From a bacterium (GTDB taxonomy: Bacteria; Zhuqueibacterota; Zhuqueibacteria; Residuimicrobiales; Krinioviventaceae): 64,000 nucleotides of DNA. Under the pieces are notes generated by a model that had not been told where the DNA came from, searched no databases, and was given only the letters and a program-made list of their open reading frames with translations. This document shows, piece after piece, positions 1-8,884 of this stretch (its first letter is position 1; each line of letters starts with the position of its first letter). A program made the translations under genes and the position numbers. Where the stretch lies: NCBI GenBank assembly GCA_963675755.2, contig CAXXMD010000003.1, forward strand, positions 2,528,001 through 2,592,000, read 5' to 3'.

Positions 1-1
1 C

Positions 2-217
2 ATGGGCAGACCCGAAGGCGGTCCTGGTGGTGGAATGGGTGGAGGCCCTGGTGGTGGTGGTATGGGCGGACCTCCCGGAGGTGGAGGAGGCGGCCGTGGT
101 GGTATGAGTGGTGGACCGGGAGGAGGCCCTGGTGGTGGCCCCGGTGCTTCTCAGGATAGTGATATATCTAAAGACACGAAAGCATGGTTTAAACTGATAA
201 ATACAATAGCTCAATAA
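2..217 (+). CDS. C-terminal fragment of a protein with a Gly/Pro/Met-rich low-complexity tail (5'-truncated by window)
   Basis: Open frame from window edge; GGPGGGMGG repeats then non-repetitive C-terminus and TAA TAA. Confidence 0.7.
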   Translation: MGRPEGGPGGGMGGGPGGGGMGGPPGGGGGGRGGMSGGPGGGPGGGPGASQDSDISKDTKAWFKLINTIAQ

Positions 218-277
218 TAATACAATTCATATCTAAAAAATGAATTGTAAAGGATTGTAAAATTCTGGAAATGATGG

Positions 278-301
278 GAACATATTTTTAACTTATACGT
301 T
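278..301 (+). promoter_or_regulatory. ECF-type sigma promoter, sRNA unit 1
   Basis: GAAC(278-281)-N16-CGTT(298-301); same spacing recurs at 436-459 and 556-579. Confidence 0.65.
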
Positions 302-310
302 TAAGTAATT

Positions 311-374
311 AACAACCTTTACCCAGGTTAATAGTAGAAGGACAGTTGCCCTACCCAGCGGCTGTCCTTTTTTT
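311..374 (+). ncRNA. Putative small RNA, sibling 1
   Basis: Hairpin AACCT/AGGTT with loop TTACCC, then GGACAGTTGC/GCGGCTGTCC stem with CCTACCCA loop and T-tract; near-identical to 468-536. Confidence 0.65.
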
Positions 375-435
375 GATGATTTTTGGCTGAATTGTTGTTT
401 TTTTTTAATTTTTTTGAAAATTAATGGTTTTTTTA

Positions 436-459
436 GAACTTTTTTGCATATAATACGTT
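436..459 (+). promoter_or_regulatory. ECF-type sigma promoter, sRNA unit 2
   Basis: GAAC(436-439)-N16-CGTT(456-459). Confidence 0.65.
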
Positions 460-467
460 GTCTATAA

Positions 468-536
468 AACAACCCCTTTACCCGGGTTGATAGCAGAAGG
501 ACAGTTGCAACTACCCAGCGGCTGTCCTTTATTTTT
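468..536 (+). ncRNA. Putative small RNA, sibling 2
   Basis: Hairpin CAACCC/GGGTTG with loop CTTTACCC (compensatory change versus unit 1), same terminator stem with AACTACCCA loop. Confidence 0.65.
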
Positions 537-555
537 ATTAAATGTGAAATAAAAT

Positions 556-579
556 GAACTTTTTTATAAATACCGGGTT
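556..579 (+). promoter_or_regulatory. ECF-type sigma promoter, sRNA unit 3
   Basis: GAAC(556-559)-N16-GGTT(576-579). Confidence 0.5.
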
Positions 580-585
580 GAATTA

Positions 586-655
586 ATATACCCTCCATTA
601 TTCCTTTTATAGTCAAAAGGGCGGTTGCTTTAATTAGACAACTGCCCTTTTTTTT
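586..655 (+). ncRNA. Putative small RNA or leader, diverged sibling 3
   Basis: ATACCCTCC anti-SD-like 5' end, ATAG before the stem as in units 1/2, terminator AAAAGGGCGGTTG/CAACTGCCCTTTT plus T-tract. Confidence 0.5.
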
Positions 656-728
656 ATGGGATTAATTGGATATGCTCACCTGTTTTATCATTTATTATCT
701 GAAAATAAATAATAATCTGGAGGGTAAC

Positions 729-1271
729 ATGAAGAGAATTATATTGGGTGTTGTATTGGCATCTATTGCCTCATTTGCGTGGGGCGCATTTTACTGGATG
801 GGTCCGTTGAGCGCTAACGCGTTCAATATTCAACCGGATGATAACAAACTTCGTACTGCATTAAAAGAAGCTTTGCCGGAAAGCGGAACGTTTTTCGTTC
901 CAAATCCCAATATGGCCCAGGCCGACCATGCAAAGCTGCATGAAGAGGGACCCATCGCTATGATCCACTTTGTCCGCGACGGTAAACCGTCAAATATGGG
1001 CGCGTTTATGGGATTGGGATTTTTGATAAATATGGCCCTGGCTGCTTTCCTTGCCGTTTTGTTGAAAATTGGAGCTCCCCGGTTGTCCGGTTATGGTAAG
1101 CGGGTTGGTTTTGTTGCACTGATTGGCCTGGCAGCTTCCGTGTTCACCCGGATTGGTGGTGGTGTTTGGTGGTATCACAATGCAACATGGGTATCCGTTA
1201 TGTTCTTTTATGATTTGACTGTTTATATTGTGATCGGGCTGGTTTTGGCGAAATTTGTCAAGGCTGAATAA
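729..1271 (+). CDS. Hypothetical integral membrane protein (~4 TM)
   Basis: ORF 666..1271; ATG at 729 after GGAGG; four hydrophobic segments. Confidence 0.75.
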   Translation: MKRIILGVVLASIASFAWGAFYWMGPLSANAFNIQPDDNKLRTALKEALPESGTFFVPNPNMAQADHAKLHEEGPIAMIHFVRDGKPSNMGAFMGLGFLINMALAAFLAVLLKIGAPRLSGYGKRVGFVALIGLAASVFTRIGGGVWWYHNATWVSVMFFYDLTVYIVIGLVLAKFVKAE

Positions 1272-1338
1272 AAAGGACTTGATAAAATGCTCGGTTTGTT
1301 CTAATTTGTATTTTATTGAAATGAAAGGAATTTGAATT

Positions 1339-2103
1339 ATGGGTTGGCTGGGCAAAGCCATTGGCGGATCTTTGGGATTTATGGTGGGTGGACCCTTTGG
1401 TGCTATTTTCGGCGCTGTATTGGGACATCAGTTTGACAAAACACAAACCTATTCACCTTTTGATGGGCAGCAACAGCGTCAATCTTTTACCGATCAGGAA
1501 AAGAACCAGGCTGTGTTTTTTGTTTCTACTTTTTCTTTGCTTGCAAAACTGGCAAGAGCAGATGGCAAAGTAACGCGCGAAGAAATTAATGTAATTGATG
1601 ATTATATAAAAAATTATTTGAATTTTGATAATGACGCCCGTGACATGGCGGTCAAGATATTCAATGTAGCCAAAGATTCAAACGAAACATTTGATGCATT
1701 TGCGCAACAGTTTTACGGTTTGTTCCGTAATGACCGGCAAATGCTCTACAGTATGTTGGAACTGCTGGTGCGAGTAGCCAAGGCAGACGGATCTATTCAT
1801 CCCAGTGAAGAGCAGATGCTGCAGCGGGCCGCGATCATTTTCAATATTGGAACGACAGAATATGAACGTATAAAGGGCATGCATGTTCAGGACAATAACA
1901 AATATTATGCAATTCTGGGTGCAACGCCAAATGATACAGATGATGAAATTAAAAAGAAATACCGTCAACTGGTTAAAGAATATCATCCCGATGCGGTTAT
2001 TGCCAAGGGAATGCCTGAAGAATTTATAAAATTTGCGACCGAGAAATTCAAGGAAATTCAGGAAGCGTATGATAACGTTATGAAAGAACGCAAAGCTGCC
2101 TGA
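1339..2103 (+). CDS. djlA: Co-chaperone DjlA (N-terminal TM, TerB-like domain, C-terminal J domain)
   Basis: GKAIGG..GGPFGA N-terminus, AKADG repeats, YAILG..YHPD J-domain. Confidence 0.9.
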   Translation: MGWLGKAIGGSLGFMVGGPFGAIFGAVLGHQFDKTQTYSPFDGQQQRQSFTDQEKNQAVFFVSTFSLLAKLARADGKVTREEINVIDDYIKNYLNFDNDARDMAVKIFNVAKDSNETFDAFAQQFYGLFRNDRQMLYSMLELLVRVAKADGSIHPSEEQMLQRAAIIFNIGTTEYERIKGMHVQDNNKYYAILGATPNDTDDEIKKKYRQLVKEYHPDAVIAKGMPEEFIKFATEKFKEIQEAYDNVMKERKAA

Positions 2104-2141
2104 TTGAACGTTGAACCAATTTAATACCAGGAAGAGTGTCT

Positions 2142-3044
2142 ATGAAAATTTATGATAAAGATATTTCAAGACGCCGGTTTATCAAGGTAACGGCGGGAGC
2201 TGCCGGTGCTGCCAGTATAAGCAATGTGGCGCGCGCGGCAGATAAAAAGCAAAAACGATCAGCCACTGATAAAGTGACTTTGGGTAAATCCGGATTGGTG
2301 GTTAGCAGACTTGCCATGGGTACCGGTTCGCAAAACGGCAAGGTACAACGGCAACTGGGGCAGGATGGTTTCAATGCTCTGGTACAATATGCTTATGACC
2401 AGGGAATTACATTTTTTGATACCGCGGAAAACTATCCCGGAATGCATGATATGCTGGGTATTGCATTAAAAGGTTTTGACCGTGATAAAATCCAGATCCA
2501 GACCAAAATGCCTTGGTGGAAATCTCCTGATCCGCAAAAAGAACTGGACCGCTACCGCAAACAGTTGAATTCCGATTATTTTGATACTCTGCTAATCCAT
2601 TGTGTAACCACACCAGACTGGGACGATACCCAGAAATACATCATGGATTTTTTGATGGAAGCCAAAGAGAAAAAGTTGGTAAAAGCACCGGGAGTCTCGA
2701 TTCATGGCAGACTGCCGTTAAAGACCGCTACGCTGGACGATTGGGGCGATGTGCGTATGGTGCGCATTAATCATAATGGTGCCAGCATGGATATTGCGGC
2801 CCAGGGTGAGCAACCGGATGTGAATGCAATTGTAGCAAATGTTAAAAAAATGCACGACAGCGGCAAGGGCATAATCGGCATGAAACTCATTGGGAACGGC
2901 AAGTTCAAAGATCCTCAGCTCCGCAAAGATGCCATGAAATTTGTAATGGGACTGGATTGCGTGGATGCGGTTTCAATCGGGTTCAAGAGTCCCGCAGAAA
3001 TCGATGAAGCTATTGGAAATATGAATACGTATTTGAATATCTAA
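2142..3044 (+). CDS. Aldo/keto reductase family protein with Tat signal
   Basis: SRRRFIK twin-Arg; LGKSGL..SRLAMGT, FFDTAENY, TK, D.LLIH motifs. Confidence 0.85.
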   Translation: MKIYDKDISRRRFIKVTAGAAGAASISNVARAADKKQKRSATDKVTLGKSGLVVSRLAMGTGSQNGKVQRQLGQDGFNALVQYAYDQGITFFDTAENYPGMHDMLGIALKGFDRDKIQIQTKMPWWKSPDPQKELDRYRKQLNSDYFDTLLIHCVTTPDWDDTQKYIMDFLMEAKEKKLVKAPGVSIHGRLPLKTATLDDWGDVRMVRINHNGASMDIAAQGEQPDVNAIVANVKKMHDSGKGIIGMKLIGNGKFKDPQLRKDAMKFVMGLDCVDAVSIGFKSPAEIDEAIGNMNTYLNI

Positions 3045-3050
3045 GTATTT

Positions 3051-3073
3051 AGTAATCAGTAATCAGTAATCAG
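3051..3073. repeat. Heptamer tandem repeat (AGTAATC)x3
   Basis: agtaatc agtaatc agtaatc ag right after the stop codon. Confidence 0.7.
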
Positions 3074-3081
3074 ATATAGAT

Positions 3082-3120
3082 AAATCCCTCTAAAACATTT
3101 CTGTTTGGGGGGATTTTTTT
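3082..3120 (+). terminator. Rho-independent terminator
   Basis: AAATCCCTCTAAA / TTTGGGGGGATTT stem (with G-U pairs) followed by T-run. Confidence 0.7.
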
Positions 3121-3215
3121 GTTTTGATCCATTCTGAAAATTTTTAAATTTTAAATGTACTATTGATGGGGCAATCTATCGATAATTTTTTTAAATTGTT
3201 TCATGGGGAGTGAGC

Positions 3216-4538
3216 ATGAAAAAACAATATATTCTTCACTTTTTAATTGCAACATTGACATTAAACGCACAAACCTGGGAAGCCTATACCAGTAAAAATA
3301 ATGATGTGCAAAAACCATATGTGCAAGTTACACAGAATATTGCCGGTGACAAGATTTATAGTATAGCAATTAATAATAACAGAATTTGTTATGGCACAAA
3401 TGGCGGTGTGACACTTGAAGATGATGGTGTTTTTACATATTTTAATACATCAAATAGCAGTTTACCTGAAAATACTATTAAATTTACAGCTTTTGATAGT
3501 TCCGGGAATGCCTGGTTTGCTTCTAATAATGTATTAACGCTTTATAATGGGGACAGTTTAAAACATTTTACCTACACTGGCAGAGATTTACCGTTTTACA
3601 CAATCACAGCAATGACAGTTGATACAAATGGGAAGCTTTGGTTGGGTTCTTTGGGATTGGGAATTTTTGAATATAATGGTGATGATTTTATTCAACATTT
3701 AGATCCGGACAGTGTGTTAAGGGGACATGCTGTATCAGCATTATTGGTTGATAACAATGATAGTAAATGGGTGGGCACTGCCCAATATACAGTTTTGGAT
3801 AATGGTATTGGTGCATTCAAGTATAATGGAACTGAATGGGAATTGTTTGATCATGATAACAGCGGTATTTATTCAATTAATATTAAATCTATGGAGATGG
3901 AAGATGATGGAACTTTGTGGTTTGGGGGATATGAATGGAATGGTGTTACTCGTTATGATGGGCAGCAATGGAAGTCATATTATCAAAAAAATAGTCAAAT
4001 AATTCCGGGTTCCATTGATTGTATAGCTATTGATACAAAGGGGCGTAAATGGTTTGGCAATCAATCTAGTGGTCTGAGTATGTATGATGGAAATAAATGG
4101 ACAACCTTTAATACAGTGAACAGCCAGCTAGAAAGTAATCAGATTCTATCACTTGAAGCTCATCCTGATGGAAGCATGTATATTGGTACGGCTGTTGGAT
4201 TATCTGTTTATAATGATAATATTGTAAATACTGTGAATGAATCGAACAAGATTCCCCCCAATGTGCAATTGCTGCAAAACTATCCCAATCCCTTTAACGG
4301 CGAAACAACTATTCAATACTCTGTAGAAAATCATGCGGATATTCAGATCCGGATATACAATACAAGAGGTCAACTTATAAACACATTGTTTAGAGGGAAA
4401 CAAATACCAGGGCAGCATGCTGTTCATTGGAATGGGAAAAATGATGTCGGGGAACCCGTATCGTCTGGAATCTATTTTGTCAGGTTGACCACTGATCAGA
4501 GAAATGTTGAAACAAAACGGTTGGTTTTTTTGAAATAA
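3216..4538 (+). CDS. Secreted beta-propeller protein (two-component regulator propeller repeats) with C-terminal FlgD-Ig/T9SS-type sorting domain
   Basis: Signal peptide; D..G..W.G repeats, NS.LP motifs; LLQNYPNPFN...WNGKND..SSGIYF tail. Confidence 0.85.
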   Translation: MKKQYILHFLIATLTLNAQTWEAYTSKNNDVQKPYVQVTQNIAGDKIYSIAINNNRICYGTNGGVTLEDDGVFTYFNTSNSSLPENTIKFTAFDSSGNAWFASNNVLTLYNGDSLKHFTYTGRDLPFYTITAMTVDTNGKLWLGSLGLGIFEYNGDDFIQHLDPDSVLRGHAVSALLVDNNDSKWVGTAQYTVLDNGIGAFKYNGTEWELFDHDNSGIYSINIKSMEMEDDGTLWFGGYEWNGVTRYDGQQWKSYYQKNSQIIPGSIDCIAIDTKGRKWFGNQSSGLSMYDGNKWTTFNTVNSQLESNQILSLEAHPDGSMYIGTAVGLSVYNDNIVNTVNESNKIPPNVQLLQNYPNPFNGETTIQYSVENHADIQIRIYNTRGQLINTLFRGKQIPGQHAVHWNGKNDVGEPVSSGIYFVRLTTDQRNVETKRLVFLK

Positions 4539-4581
4539 TTGGTTTGGATGACAGGGATTTAAGGCCTGATATTAATCTAAG

Positions 4582-4612
4582 TGTGCCAGGCACCTTTGAG
4601 ATGCCCGGCACA
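4582..4612. repeat. Inverted repeat / REP-like hairpin between convergent genes (possible bidirectional terminator)
   Basis: TGTGCCAGGCA-N9-TGCCCGGCACA. Confidence 0.55.
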
Positions 4613-4649
4613 TTGGAATTTGGTTAAAGAATACAATCCTGCATTAATA

Positions 4650-5483
4650 TTACAGTTCAATAAAATCAGTCCAGTCTTCCGGCCAGCCCGTTATGTAGCT
4701 GTTAAACTTGTCGAAAACAGTTTTGAATGCGCCTGAAGCATTCCAGATTGCCCAAAACAGATTTGACCCATTCGCATTTTGTTCCGGCCAGTATAGATTT
4801 CTCACATAACGGGATTCAAAAGATGTTAATAGTAAATATTTGTCAGTATTTTTGCCTCGATCTGATTTGATAACGACATATTTGCATCCGGGAATACAAA
4901 TGGAACCTATGGGGTTAAACTCGGTTTTTATAAATGATTCAAATTCTATTTTATCCACATTGGTGTTCAAAGTCAGAGTACCCATTGCATAAACAGGTGT
5001 TGATTGGTCAGTTAATTTAATGTTCCAGTTTTTTTCTGCAATATCCTCCGGTAGAATTGGATCTGCAATCTGTACAACACTCAATTCTAAAATTTTCCAG
5101 GAATTGTTCTGTTTTTCGAGAATCCGCGTAGAAGGATTCCCATTCTCTTTAAAAGTAACAAATGCCATATTGCCCACAATTCTGAATTGATAATCGGATT
5201 TTACTGGTTTCCATTCAGGATTGGCAAAATTTTCCATTTGTTCTTTCAGGTATGATGCAATAGCTTCCCATCCAAGGAATTCAGTATGTTTAAAAGACTC
5301 GGAAATAGAGTAATATGCTTGTGGTGAATGTACCCAAAGTTCGGATAATTTGTCAAAATCATTTTGACTAAAGGAAAGTGTTTCATCCTCTATTGTCTTT
5401 TGAACGGCTTTTTCATCATTGGTTAGTGCAAAAGTGCTGATAAATGAGAAAATCAAAAAAAGAACAACAGGTCTTGTAAACAT
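4650..5483 (-). CDS. Exported protein, N-terminal SnoaL/NTF2-like domain plus second uncharacterised domain
   Basis: Signal peptide; GWEAI...GNMAFVTF...R.LEK....WKI NTF2-like pattern; SD AGGAGG. Confidence 0.7.
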   Translation of the reverse strand: MFTRPVVLFLIFSFISTFALTNDEKAVQKTIEDETLSFSQNDFDKLSELWVHSPQAYYSISESFKHTEFLGWEAIASYLKEQMENFANPEWKPVKSDYQFRIVGNMAFVTFKENGNPSTRILEKQNNSWKILELSVVQIADPILPEDIAEKNWNIKLTDQSTPVYAMGTLTLNTNVDKIEFESFIKTEFNPIGSICIPGCKYVVIKSDRGKNTDKYLLLTSFESRYVRNLYWPEQNANGSNLFWAIWNASGAFKTVFDKFNSYITGWPEDWTDFIEL

Positions 5484-5559
5484 AATGACCTCCTAAAAAT
5501 TTTTTGAATGACTATCAATTGTAAAATTGTCAGCAATCGATCAGTGATTCATGATTTCT

Positions 5560-5590
5560 GATCGTGACAGAGACCCTCTCTGTCACGATC
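5560..5590. repeat. Perfect 14-bp-stem palindrome (REP-like or terminator)
   Basis: GATCGTGACAGAGA-CCC-TCTCTGTCACGATC. Confidence 0.65.
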
Positions 5591-5643
5591 TTGAACAGTC
5601 CTTATGTACTTCCGGCTATGATTTTCTAACGAATAGGGATTTA

Positions 5644-6597
5644 TCAAGCGGTTCTGAACAGCGGTTCTACCTGTTTGGCAACCTCGGTCAGCATGTCCAT
5701 TTCTTTGTCTGAGATTGGGGTAATGTTGGATGCAATATCTAAAGCTCTGGGAAAAAACAGGGGTTCACCGGGCGGGATAGCCGCGGTCACACCCTGGGCA
5801 AAGGTGAATCGTAGGGCCATATCTGCAAGCTGATCATCCTCAATGGAAATGGGATGGTACCAGCACTTGTCATACAGTTTTTCATCACCTTCCAGTATTC
5901 TGCCGCCTGCCAGGCCTTTTAACGCCAGAATTCCCATTTTACGTTCTTTGGCTTTGGCAACAGCCTTGTGACCAAAGTTGCCATTTAACCACGTTGCGTA
6001 ATTGATGGGCATAAGGATGGTATCAAAATCATATTTTTCCATCGCCAAAAGAGCAGCTTCTTCGCTGTGGGCCGAGAATCCCACATAACGGATTTTTCCA
6101 TCTCGCTGGGCTTTGTGAAATACTTCCATAGCACCATCAGGACCGAATACCTGCTCAACATCCTCTACAGAAGAGAGTGCGTGCAGCTGGTATAGATCAA
6201 AATGGTCGGTACGCATATTTTTCAGAGACTGGTCCAGTTCTTCCTGTGCACCGGCTCTGTCTCTCTTGTTGGTTTTGCAGGCAAGAAAAGCGTTTTTACG
6301 AAAAGGCTCTAGCGCGGGTCCTAGTTTTAATTCGGCATTGCCATAAGAGGGCGCAACATCAAAGTAATTAATGCCGCGGTCCACGGCCTGCGCAACGGCA
6401 CTATTGGCATTGTTTTGCTCTTCGTCCATAACCAGTATGCCCCCAAATCCAATTGCAGAGAGCATTTCGCCGGTACGTCCCAGTTGTCGTTTGGGGACGT
6501 TTTTTGTCGCCGCATCGCCGGTACAGCTCAATAAAGCAGCCAAAGAAATAGCAGCTCCTCCGGTCAAACCCGATTTTATAAAGTCTCTTCTCTCCAT
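5644..6597 (-). CDS. Aldo/keto reductase family protein with Tat (lipoprotein) signal
   Basis: RRDFIK...LLSC; LGRTG..LSAIGFG, YFDVAPSYG, DLYQLH, GFSAH. Confidence 0.88.
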   Translation of the reverse strand: MERRDFIKSGLTGGAAISLAALLSCTGDAATKNVPKRQLGRTGEMLSAIGFGGILVMDEEQNNANSAVAQAVDRGINYFDVAPSYGNAELKLGPALEPFRKNAFLACKTNKRDRAGAQEELDQSLKNMRTDHFDLYQLHALSSVEDVEQVFGPDGAMEVFHKAQRDGKIRYVGFSAHSEEAALLAMEKYDFDTILMPINYATWLNGNFGHKAVAKAKERKMGILALKGLAGGRILEGDEKLYDKCWYHPISIEDDQLADMALRFTFAQGVTAAIPPGEPLFFPRALDIASNITPISDKEMDMLTEVAKQVEPLFRTA

Positions 6598-6724
6598 AAA
6601 AACTCCTTACAGATGCTATTTTTTTTATTTCAGGATGAAACAAGCATTGAAATATTACGTTTGCATTTATAACAGGTTCATTTTATATTAACATTAAAAG
6701 ATATGTAATTATTGCGGAATTGCA

Positions 6725-7813
6725 ATGAAAATAGTTGATTGGTTTAAAACCCTCAGACGGTATTTTGAAATCCTGACCGCGGATATCAGCCTTTATGATA
6801 TGGAGTACATGATCAAGCGGGAGGGTCCGAGTGTTTTTCAATTTTACAACCAGGGCAACGCAAATCCTGATAAAAAACGAAACCGTTTTTTTCAAACACT
6901 GAGTTTAATCAAAAATCTTTTTTTGGGATTTATTTTAAAAATGAATCCCACCAATCGTTGGATTTATATTCTTTCTGTCTATTTGGTTATTGCAGGATTG
7001 TTGGAAAATCATGACCTTACTGTATTAACCGGGTTTATTTTTCTGAATATTATGCTTGCGTTTGAAATGGCCGGCAAGATTATGGCGAAGGATGAATTGG
7101 AAATAGCCCGGGACATCCAAATGCAACTGCTTCCGGAAGCTCCTCCGAATTTAAAGCGCTATGATATCTCTTTTTTCTCCGAAGCTGCCCGTGAAGTGGG
7201 TGGAGATTTTTTAGATTTTATCCACAACGGGGAAAAACTGACAACGGTTATTGGAGATATTTCCGGCAAGGGGATGCGCGCCGCCATACATATGGTACAG
7301 GTGCATACAATCATCAATAGTCTTAAATCAACATCGGGTACACACGAGTTTCTAACGCAATTGAACGACCGGTTAGAAGGTGTGCTGCCCAAATCGGTTT
7401 TTGTTACCACCAGCTTTTTGTGTATGAACGGTAATGATACTGTTGAATTTTACCGTTCGGGTCATTTGCCCATGTTTAAATATGATTCTAAAACGCAAAA
7501 TTGTGAATCTATTGTACCACCAGGATTAGGAATAGGGCTTGCAAGTACAGAGAAATATGAAAAATCACTGAAATGTGAAAAATTGAATATCAATACTGGT
7601 GATGTTTTTCTGCTATTTACTGATGGACTGGTAGAAACCATGGATAGTGTGCAAAATGAGTATGGTGAAGACCGCTTGATGCAGGTTTTGTGTGAAAATG
7701 CAACGCTTACGAGTAAAGAAATTCAGGATGCCATTTTAAAAAGTGTTGCTTTGTTCCGTGGTAATCAGGCCCCCCACGATGACCTTACACTGGTCATAAT
7801 CAAATGTGTTTAA
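6725..7813 (+). CDS. rsbU: PP2C/SpoIIE-family phosphoserine phosphatase (RsbU-like) with N-terminal TM segments
   Basis: AREVGGDFLD, GDISGKG, SGH, FTDGLVE, HDDLT motifs. Confidence 0.85.
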   Translation: MKIVDWFKTLRRYFEILTADISLYDMEYMIKREGPSVFQFYNQGNANPDKKRNRFFQTLSLIKNLFLGFILKMNPTNRWIYILSVYLVIAGLLENHDLTVLTGFIFLNIMLAFEMAGKIMAKDELEIARDIQMQLLPEAPPNLKRYDISFFSEAAREVGGDFLDFIHNGEKLTTVIGDISGKGMRAAIHMVQVHTIINSLKSTSGTHEFLTQLNDRLEGVLPKSVFVTTSFLCMNGNDTVEFYRSGHLPMFKYDSKTQNCESIVPPGLGIGLASTEKYEKSLKCEKLNINTGDVFLLFTDGLVETMDSVQNEYGEDRLMQVLCENATLTSKEIQDAILKSVALFRGNQAPHDDLTLVIIKCV

Positions 7814-7936
7814 TATGTGTTTCTAATCATTGCGAATAATTGTTGCTCAATACATTTGTTTTTTTTCGTGTAAATCTAAATTTTTCTAATGTTCAATATT
7901 TGTAACTTTTGATTAATCCCACTTGAATTTTAAAAC

Positions 7937-7973
7937 AAAAAAAAGCCCTGATGTTTAATCAGGGCTTTTTTTG
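7937..7973. terminator. Bidirectional Rho-independent terminator
   Basis: A-run AGCCCTGAT / ATCAGGGCT T-run between convergent genes. Confidence 0.85.
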
Positions 7974-7987
7974 TTAATCTTGAAATT

Positions 7988-8869
7988 TTAGGGTTTTTCT
8001 ATTTGCAATTCAAAGTTTGTTCCACATAACGAGCCGAACAAGCCAATACCTCCTACAATACCGCCTTCCAACTCGGGGTGTTCCCTGTAATTGTAATGCT
8101 GCAAGTTTTCATCAATAGCCGCAATCTGCATGGTGTTTGATCCAAAGAAAACGATCATTGCATTATACCATGATATAACAGGCTGATTATCATAATCTGA
8201 TGATTCGAGGTCTTTTAACTTCATAGAAGCCCAGATACGACGGGGTTCACTGTTTTTGCCGCCATCGTATTCTTCCTGATCATCTGGAAATGTATGGCTG
8301 TCGCTGAATGGATAAATATATTCTGCGTTTTCATAGGTTTCGTTGCAAAACATTTCCACAAAAATAATCTGTTCCGGGTCTTTATGTTCCAGATAAACCG
8401 GTTTACGCAAGCCCAATTCTGTTTGATATTCATGATTCACTTCGGTATTGCTCAAATCTGTTACCATCGTCAATAAAGCAGGTACTGTTGTAACAGAGCT
8501 TACCTGTTGATCGCCGGTGTTGATGTTCAGCGCATAGGTTTTTTCCGGTTCAATCATTAAATCCTCATTGTAATAGTAACCGGGTTGAGTCGTAGATTCA
8601 ACCAGTACAGTGGTTTCTCCGCTGCCGGTTTCGGTTATGGTTACATCCGCATTGCGAATGGCCGCTTCGGATTTGTCATAATAATCATATACCGGCTGCG
8701 AGTAAAAGACCGTAATTGCATGCTCTTCAGAAAGGGGCTCGTTTCCATATAAATAACCATATACTACAATTTCTTTTTCATATTCAGGTTCTGCGGGATT
8801 TTTGTTGCATCCCATAAAAATAATTGATATTGAAAAAACTATTATTATTAATTTATATATATTTTTCAT
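7988..8869 (-). CDS. Lipoprotein, DUF4249-like TonB-receptor partner
   Basis: Lipobox FMGC; NADVTIT..PG.Y..Y.L.I...TTVP and C-terminal I.GGIGLFGS; directly downstream of a TBDR. Confidence 0.75.
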   Translation of the reverse strand: MKNIYKLIIIVFSISIIFMGCNKNPAEPEYEKEIVVYGYLYGNEPLSEEHAITVFYSQPVYDYYDKSEAAIRNADVTITETGSGETTVLVESTTQPGYYYNEDLMIEPEKTYALNINTGDQQVSSVTTVPALLTMVTDLSNTEVNHEYQTELGLRKPVYLEHKDPEQIIFVEMFCNETYENAEYIYPFSDSHTFPDDQEEYDGGKNSEPRRIWASMKLKDLESSDYDNQPVISWYNAMIVFFGSNTMQIAAIDENLQHYNYREHPELEGGIVGGIGLFGSLCGTNFELQIEKP

Positions 8870-8884
8870 GTCTGATATCCTCCC

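Noticed and set aside
2-145. GGT/GGA-rich tandem-like DNA
   Set aside because: Simply encodes the Gly-rich protein tail
293-616. 107-aa minus-strand ORF with repeated ATVLLL
   Set aside because: Antisense translation of the repeated RNA units and T-runs; no clear SD; the + strand promoter/terminator pattern explains the repeat
311-655. CRISPR array or type I toxin-antitoxin interpretation of the repeats
   Set aside because: Units are ~65 nt with terminators, spacers are AT-rich promoters, no cas genes are present, and I found no short hydrophobic toxin ORF with an SD antisense to them
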